Source: Gemmatimonadota bacterium (GTDB lineage: Bacteria; Gemmatimonadota; Gemmatimonadetes; Gemmatimonadales; Gemmatimonadaceae). Taken from it: a DNA stretch of 64,000 nt. The DNA is taken from NCBI GenBank assembly GCA_016874035.1, contig VGVM01000002.1:22509-86508 (forward strand), in the 5' to 3' direction. Below, one piece after another: positions 58,778 to 64,000 of the stretch; the stretch's first letter is position 1, and each line of letters begins with the position of its first letter. Made by a program: the position numbers and the translations under genes. The notes under the pieces were generated by a model. It ran no database searches, was not told the origin of the DNA, and saw nothing but the letters and a program-made list of their open reading frames with translations.

Positions 58778-59848
58778 GTGCGGATCCTGGTGCTGATGGG
58801 CGGGACCTCGTCGGAGCGCGATGTTTCGATGGCAACGGGACTTCGCGTTGCCGGCGCATTGCGCGAGCGTGGCCACACGGTCGTTGCCGCCGATACGACG
58901 CGCGGTGCGCTGACGACGACCGAAGAAGCGGCCATGCTCTCGGGCGGTGTCGTGCGGACGCTGCCGCCGGATCGCACCGCGCTTGCGCAACTGTCCAGGA
59001 ATCCGCTAGGCGCCGTCGTTCGTGACTTGCAGCCGAGTGGCGGAACGGAAGTGGTCTTCCTGGCGCTGCACGGCGGGCAGGGCGAGGACGGCACGATCCA
59101 GGCGCTGCTTGACCTCACCGGCGTGCCGTACACCGGAAGCGGGCATCTCGCGAGCGCGCTGGCGATGGACAAGGACTTGTCCAAGCACCTGTTTCGCGCC
59201 GCCGGCATCATGACGCCAGACTGGGAGCTGGTGCGCGCCGGTCGCTCGACCGGGGGATCCGAGGCGCCGTGGCGAATGCCGGCGTTCGCCGACATGGTGC
59301 AGGGAAGGTTCGGTTTCCCCGTGATCGTGAAGCCGTCGAAAGAGGGTTCCACTGTCGGGCTGACGCTTGTGAAGCGCCGCGAGGAGCTGGCGCCGGCGAT
59401 CGCCCACGCGATGGAGTACGATGATGAGGTGATGGTCGAGCAGTTCATCCCGGGACGCGAGCTGACGGTCGCCGTGCTGGGCGAGCTCGTGCTGCCGGTC
59501 GGCGAGATCATTCCCAAGAAGGAACTCTACGACTACGAGTGCAAGTACACGCCGGGGATGGCGCGAGAGGTGTTTCCGGCAGACTTGACCGACCGGGAGA
59601 CCGCCGCGGTGCAGGATGCCGCGTTGCGGGCGTACAAGGCGCTCAAACTCTCCGGGTGCGCGCGCATTGACTTCCGTATGACGGTGAAGGGAGAATTCCA
59701 CTGTCTGGAAGCGAACACACTTCCGGGAATGACGTCGCTCAGCCTGGTGCCCCAGGCGGCGGCGGCGGCGGGAATCAGTTTTCCGGACCTGTGCGATCGG
59801 ATCGTCGAGCTTGCGGTCCTGCAGCACGCACAGAAACAGTCTTCCTGA
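58778..59848 (+). CDS. ddl: D-alanine--D-alanine ligase
   Basis: GTG start. The product shows ...ALHGGQGEDGTIQALLDLTGVPYTGSG... and ATP-grasp motifs ...EANTLPGMT. Confidence 0.93.
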   Translation: MRILVLMGGTSSERDVSMATGLRVAGALRERGHTVVAADTTRGALTTTEEAAMLSGGVVRTLPPDRTALAQLSRNPLGAVVRDLQPSGGTEVVFLALHGGQGEDGTIQALLDLTGVPYTGSGHLASALAMDKDLSKHLFRAAGIMTPDWELVRAGRSTGGSEAPWRMPAFADMVQGRFGFPVIVKPSKEGSTVGLTLVKRREELAPAIAHAMEYDDEVMVEQFIPGRELTVAVLGELVLPVGEIIPKKELYDYECKYTPGMAREVFPADLTDRETAAVQDAALRAYKALKLSGCARIDFRMTVKGEFHCLEANTLPGMTSLSLVPQAAAAAGISFPDLCDRIVELAVLQHAQKQSS

Positions 59849-59938
59849 GCGCCCCGCGCGCGACGTCATGCGAGTCCACATGCAGCGACCCGATCGTCAC
59901 CTCCTTCCCCTCGAACGGCGAAAAGCCGGAGCCTCACG

Positions 59939-60604
59939 ATGACCGGCGGATCACCAGTCGCAGCAGCGGCCCTTGCCGGCGTGCCGGCAGGCGTTCAGTC
60001 GCAGGGCGCGTGGATCGGGCGCCGACAACTGTTCGTGCGGTTCGCCGGCGAGGCCGAAACGGCGACGATGTACACGGCCACGGCGTTGATCCGCGAAATC
60101 GAGCGACAGCTGGGCCGGTCGCGGTTTCATTCGATCGCCATCGGCGGGCGGGATCCCCTGGCCAACGTCCCGTTCCTGCGCGCCGCACTCGACGGGGCAA
60201 AGCCGGCGATTCCCGTGATGCTTGACACGGACGGCCAGCGTCCGGACGCGATCGCCGATATCGCGTCATTCTTCGCGATGGTGCAGGTGAGTATTGATTT
60301 CATCGGCCCGGATGCCATGCTGGCACACGCGCTCAGTACGCTTGGCGCTGCCGCGAAGGCGGGACGATCTCACGCCCTGGTTCTCTCCCCGCGCGACGAC
60401 ACGACCGATGCACAGGTGCTTCGGATTATCGAACAAGCCCGCGGTGTGAGCGAGCAGACGGAAATCGTCGTGCATCCGGTGACGGCGCCGGCCGAAGGCG
60501 CCACGCTGGACCGCCAGTGGGCGACCTTGCTGGAGCAAGCCATGGCCTCACACGCGAACACCCGGCTTGCGCTGCGGATCCCGCCGCCAACAGGGCTGCG
60601 GTAA
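59939..60604 (+). CDS. QueE-like (7-carboxy-7-deazaguanine synthase-like) protein lacking all cysteines
   Basis: VQSQGAWIGRRQLFVRFAGEAETATMYTA aligns by eye with the QueE segment IQGEG..G....FVR..GC...C.WCD. SIAIGGRDPLA corresponds to ISGGNPAL, MLDTDGQ to LETQG, and VVHPVT to LQP(V/I)S. The 221-aa product contains no Cys. Confidence 0.65.
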   Translation: MTGGSPVAAAALAGVPAGVQSQGAWIGRRQLFVRFAGEAETATMYTATALIREIERQLGRSRFHSIAIGGRDPLANVPFLRAALDGAKPAIPVMLDTDGQRPDAIADIASFFAMVQVSIDFIGPDAMLAHALSTLGAAAKAGRSHALVLSPRDDTTDAQVLRIIEQARGVSEQTEIVVHPVTAPAEGATLDRQWATLLEQAMASHANTRLALRIPPPTGLR

Positions 60605-60605
60605 C

Positions 60606-61577
60606 GTGGGAGTGGATAACGGGCCGGTGGCGAGCGCGGCCGGCCCAGGCGAACTGCCGGGCCCGGCCGCCGCGCCATTTACGCGTGCCATCGCATTCGC
60701 GGCCGTCGCGGCCTATTTCGCGCAGGTTGTCGCGTTCACGCCTGCCGCGATGCGCGACACACTTGGCTTCGCGCCCGGGACCGACAGCGCTCACTGGTGG
60801 AACACGCTCACGTACCTGCTCGTGCCGGGAAGCGCGTGGCTGGTCGGTTTGGTTGCGACCGTTGCCCTTACCGTTGCCGCACAGATCGAGCGCGCTTGGG
60901 GCACCGCGGAGTGCGTGCGGATCGGGATGGTGGCGATCCTCGGCGGAACTGTGGCGCACGTGATGTTCGCCGATACCGGCGCGACGTTCGGCGGGATGGC
61001 GGGACTGGCGATGGCATTCCTGGTTGCGCACGTAATGGCGACCGGCGGGGGCCCGATCCTCCAGGTCGGCGGCGTGACGGTTACGTCGTTCGCGATCGGC
61101 GTGGTCGGGAGCGTGACGCTCGCCGCATTGACGGTTCGCGACACCGCCCCGCAGGCGGCATGGTCATCGCTTGCCGGGCACCTCGGCGCGATGCTGTTCG
61201 CGTGGGCATACCTCAGGATCACGCGCTCGATCAACCTGTCGCGGTTGCGGGAGGGCGTGGCGGCCGTGCCGGACGAGGACGAGGAAGAGCCGCCGCGTGC
61301 TGTTCCGCACCGGACGCGTCGTCCGAAGGGGAGCACCAAGGGCAACGAAGAGGCCGAACCGGGCGGCGACGATGTCGTGGCGCAGAGCAACGCCGCCGTG
61401 GCGCAGGAAGCCGCTCGTGTGCAGTCCGAGCGAAACGAGGTACGTCACGCGCCTCGCAGCGACGCCGAGGCCCTGAACCGCATGCTCGACAAGATTGCCT
61501 CGGACGGGATCGGTAGCTTGTCAGCAGATGAGCGGAACCTGCTCGACGAACTTTCCCGACGATTGCGCGGCCAGTAG
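60606..61577 (+). CDS. rhomboid-family-like polytopic membrane protein with long charged C-terminal tail
   Basis: It has six or so TM segments and rhomboid-like landmarks (WWNTLTYLLVPGS..., ...AAQIERAWGT..., ...FGGMAGLAMAF..., ...AGHLGAMLFAW). The start is GTG 60606, 60612 or later. The tail is Glu/Arg-rich and ends in ...LSADERNLLDELSRRLRGQ. Confidence 0.6.
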   Translation: MGVDNGPVASAAGPGELPGPAAAPFTRAIAFAAVAAYFAQVVAFTPAAMRDTLGFAPGTDSAHWWNTLTYLLVPGSAWLVGLVATVALTVAAQIERAWGTAECVRIGMVAILGGTVAHVMFADTGATFGGMAGLAMAFLVAHVMATGGGPILQVGGVTVTSFAIGVVGSVTLAALTVRDTAPQAAWSSLAGHLGAMLFAWAYLRITRSINLSRLREGVAAVPDEDEEEPPRAVPHRTRRPKGSTKGNEEAEPGGDDVVAQSNAAVAQEAARVQSERNEVRHAPRSDAEALNRMLDKIASDGIGSLSADERNLLDELSRRLRGQ

Positions 61578-61595
61578 TCGCCCAACCACACCCGT

Positions 61596-61991
61596 ATGCC
61601 GAAATCGAAACTGCTGGAATCGTTCGCGAACCCGTATCCCGGCCGCGACTATGAGATCGTGATGACTTGCCCGGAGTTCACGTCACTGTGTCCCGTGGGT
61701 GGGATCGAATCGGACGCGAAGGAACTTGAAGCGCTCGAGGGTGGAGCACCGGATTTCGGGACGATCACGATCAGCTACGTGCCGGCGAAGCGATGCCTGG
61801 AGTTAAAGGCGCTGAAACTCTACCTGTGGAGTTTCCGCAACGACGGCATCTTCTATGAACGCGCGGTGAACACGATCCTGGATGACCTCGTGAAGGCCGT
61901 GAAGCCACGGTCCATGACCGTGGTTGGCGACTTCAACGTGCGCGGCGGGATCAAGTCGGTGATTACGGCGCGGCACCGCGTTCGGCGGTAA
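61596..61991 (+). CDS. queF: NADPH-dependent 7-cyano-7-deazaguanine (preQ0) reductase, type I
   Basis: The QueF motifs are CPEFTSLCP...PDFGTITISYVP...E(L)KALKLYLWSFRN. It is 131 aa and carries an insertion between the catalytic Cys and the PDF motif. Confidence 0.9.
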   Translation: MPKSKLLESFANPYPGRDYEIVMTCPEFTSLCPVGGIESDAKELEALEGGAPDFGTITISYVPAKRCLELKALKLYLWSFRNDGIFYERAVNTILDDLVKAVKPRSMTVVGDFNVRGGIKSVITARHRVRR

Positions 61992-61996
61992 CCGTC

Positions 61997-62881
61997 CTAC
62001 CTTACGGTATCGATCGACCCCGATCGCCAGCCGATCGAGCCACGGCGCCCCGCGTTCCATCGCGGGTAGGTCCCGAACCAGCGGACGTCCGTGGCCGCCG
62101 CCGTAACCTCGGCGATCGCGGTTTCGGTTTCGGCGTCGCCACTGTCGTGATCGAACTCAACAAAGAAGCGATAACTCCACGGGGCACCCGTGGGCCTGCC
62201 TTCGACGCGACGCAAGTTGACGCCGTGTTTCGCGAGGGGTGCGAGCGAGTAGAGCAGCGCGCCCGGGACATCGCCAACGGTGGCAAGCAGGGTGGTCCGG
62301 ACCGGCGTTCCCGGTGGAAGTGCCTGACGCTGCGCGGAGATCCCGACAAAGCGTGTCTGCGCGTCCGGGCGGTCCTGGATGTTCTCGGCGACGACCGTGA
62401 GCTTGCGCGAAAGGAGCGCGAGGCGGCTCGCAACCACGGCAAACTGCGGGTCCGCAAGGTTTTCGACATCCACCACCGACGCCCCCGAATCGAGCACCGA
62501 GTTCACCGTGATGCGTGGGTTCGCACGGAAGAACTTCATGCACTGCGAATAGGCCACCGGGTGGCAGAAGACGTCGGCGACCTCGTTCAGGGTGCCGTTG
62601 GCGGGGCCGAGCAGGCAGAGATGGGACGGGACCACGGTTTCAGCAACCGCGACGACCTCGGGGGCCGCATCTATGGCGTCGTGGGCCGGCTGGTTGGACC
62701 CCAGGATCGTATGCTCGACAGGCAGGACACCCCGATCGGCCGTTCCCGAGGCTACCGCAGCGGCGATATCGGCAAAATCCCGGCAGGGGATCAGGTCGGC
62801 GTCGCCGCTCCAGAGCTGGAGTGCGGCTTCCTCGCCGAAGGCACTGAGTTCCTGCTGGAACGCAACTCGGAGCTGTTTCAC
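61997..62881 (-). CDS. pheA: prephenate dehydratase
   Basis: The PDT domain begins (VAFQQELSAFGEEAA...). The C-terminal ACT domain is GALLYSLAPLAKHGVNLRRVEGRPT...YRFFVEF. Confidence 0.9.
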   Translation of the reverse strand: MKQLRVAFQQELSAFGEEAALQLWSGDADLIPCRDFADIAAAVASGTADRGVLPVEHTILGSNQPAHDAIDAAPEVVAVAETVVPSHLCLLGPANGTLNEVADVFCHPVAYSQCMKFFRANPRITVNSVLDSGASVVDVENLADPQFAVVASRLALLSRKLTVVAENIQDRPDAQTRFVGISAQRQALPPGTPVRTTLLATVGDVPGALLYSLAPLAKHGVNLRRVEGRPTGAPWSYRFFVEFDHDSGDAETETAIAEVTAAATDVRWFGTYPRWNAGRRGSIGWRSGSIDTVR

Positions 62882-62977
62882 AGGTAATTGAAGAATACCG
62901 GGTGTCCTATGTCACAACTATTTGGGGCCCGGGGTTGGCCCGGGCCATGGGGGTGGGGTAGATTGGGTCTCGCTTTC

Positions 62978-63050
<73 letters not shown>

Positions 63051-63090
63051 CTTCGCACAACCTATTGGATTAGAAGGAACTTGAACGCAG

Positions 63091-63120
63091 AACGGCCACC
63101 CAGCATTCGGGTGGCCGTTT
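63091..63120 (+). terminator. intrinsic terminator downstream of tRNA-Phe
   Basis: The 11-bp stem AACGGCCACCC / GGGTGGCCGTT has a 7-nt loop and is followed by TTTG. Confidence 0.65.
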
Positions 63121-63168
63121 GCGCGAAGGGCCCCAAAACAGCCCCAGACTCCGAGAATGCCTGCGACC

Positions 63169-63600
63169 CTAGACAGTCATCACCGGATCAGAGTCGATTC
63201 GAGCAGCAGCAGCAACGGCGTCCCGTACGTCCTCTAGGGCCTCGCCGGGGACAAGCGTGTCGAGCGCATGCCGCAGTCGCTCAGACCACCGCTGCCGCTC
63301 CGCGCGATAGAAGGTTTCGGCGTCGTTCTTCACCTCCAGCTCACGCTCGGCAAGCACAAAGAGCAGTACTTCAAGGGCTGCCCGAACAGGCTCAGTCGCA
63401 GGGTCATAGACCTTCTCGTAGAACGGGTGCTCGATGTTGATGGTCAACCGCTTCTGCTCTCCGAGCCGTACAGGGCGATAGAACGGCCCCTCAGGAATCG
63501 CCGAGAAGGTCACCTTCCAGCGACTCTCCGACACCTCCTCCACAACCTGCGGAAGCACCTCTTCCTTCGGTTTTCCCGTTGCTTCGGCGCGCCGCTGCAA
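63169..63600 (-). CDS. hypothetical protein, possibly a 5'-truncated remnant
   Basis: 143-aa ORF with a TTG start, no obvious RBS, and an N-terminus (QRRAEATGKPKEEVLPQVVEEV...) that reads like the middle of a larger protein. It contains ...LTINIEHPFYEKVYDP.... The in-frame stop lies only 17 codons upstream. Confidence 0.45.
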   Translation of the reverse strand: MQRRAEATGKPKEEVLPQVVEEVSESRWKVTFSAIPEGPFYRPVRLGEQKRLTINIEHPFYEKVYDPATEPVRAALEVLLFVLAERELEVKNDAETFYRAERQRWSERLRHALDTLVPGEALEDVRDAVAAAARIDSDPVMTV

Positions 63601-63779
63601 AACGCTCCGCGAGCGATCTCGGCGCCACGCTCGACGGATTCCACGCAGGACTCACGCGGATGCTGGCATTTGTTGACGCGCTGCCGGACGCGCCCGCTGG
63701 CGCGCCTCGGGCGTGACCGGACTCGGATGCGCTAACGTTCAGGTTCAGCTTTCCACTCTCGCAACGGACGAAGGACACG

Positions 63780-64000
63780 ATGCGCAACGTTCGTGGTTCG
63801 AAACACCGGCACGCGTGGGCCGCCGTTCTCGCCCTCACCGCCGGCCTCACGGGGTGCGGCTACAATCGCATCCAGACGCTTGACGAGAACGTGAACAAGG
63901 CGAAGCAGAACATCGCGGTGCAGCTCCAGCGCCGCGCGGACCTGATTCCCAACTACGTCGAGGTGGTGCGCGGCGTGGCGAAGCAGGAGAGTGACGTGTT
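63780..64000 (+). CDS. lemA: LemA-family protein (5' part; runs off window end)
   Basis: My manual translation is MRNVRGSKHRHAWAAVLALTAGLTGCGYNRIQTLDENVNKAKQNIAVQLQRRADLIPNYVEVVRGVAKQESDV. This shows a lipobox plus the LemA signature QRRADLIPN. Confidence 0.85.
   Translation, partial: MRNVRGSKHRHAWAAVLALTAGLTGCGYNRIQTLDENVNKAKQNIAVQLQRRADLIPNYVEVVRGVAKQESDV

Noticed and set aside
59849-59938. Looked for a preQ1 riboswitch upstream of the QueE-like gene (and in the 18-nt gap before queF at 61578-61595)
   Set aside because: I could not find a small hairpin plus A-rich tail resembling preQ1-I/II, and the queF gap is too short. A covariance-model scan would be needed to exclude it formally.
60612-60620. 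DnaA-box-like GTGGATAAC (8/9) at the start of the rhomboid-like gene
   Set aside because: It is a single isolated site within or at the edge of coding DNA, far from dnaA/oriC, and is most likely chance.

Overview
High-GC bacterial chromosomal segment (roughly two-thirds G+C by eye, not computed) covering the replication-origin neighbourhood. On the minus strand are dnaA-dnaN. Diverging from dnaA on the plus strand are rpmH-rnpA-yidD-yidC-mnmE. About 20 kb away sits mnmG-(large membrane protein)-parA-parB-(small TM/coiled-coil ORF)-bactofilin, preceded by a perfect parS site. The rest is almost entirely housekeeping: ispG, murB, pepN, polA, pyrE, upp, holA, mutS, ddl, queF, pheA, M16/M24/M1 peptidases, a BMP-type ABC transporter, an ECF sigma factor, and kinases. 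The gene content (GWxTD protein, type IV pilin, SPOR/TPR protein, cupredoxin lipoprotein) fits a Gemmatimonadota-like or related Gram-negative lineage, but taxonomy cannot be confirmed from the sequence alone. Two RNA genes are evident: a class-A RNase P RNA (about 39370-39743) and tRNA-Phe(GAA) (62978-63050). I saw no rRNA, CRISPR array, IS element, integrase or prophage. Many long ORFs in the supplied track are Arg/Pro/Ala-rich shadow frames typical of high-GC DNA and were not called. The items most worth follow-up are listed here. (1) A cysteine-free QueE-like protein next to an apparently Ser-less rhomboid-like protein and a queF with an active-site insertion. (2) An orphan, translationally coupled wHTH + unknown-protein cassette between murB and a peptidase, possibly regulator/effector or AbiE-like. 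(3) An rnpA whose conserved N-terminus has no canonical start codon. (4) The oriC architecture in the dnaA-dnaN spacer. (5) The parS / everted palindrome / parAB-bactofilin arrangement. (6) Several candidate regulatory sites: a CRP/FNR palindrome, a sigma-54-like element, and a 12-bp tandem repeat. (7) A truncated-looking ORF flanking tRNA-Phe. None of these is demonstrably a new system from sequence inspection alone. All homology statements come from motif recognition by eye, not from searches.
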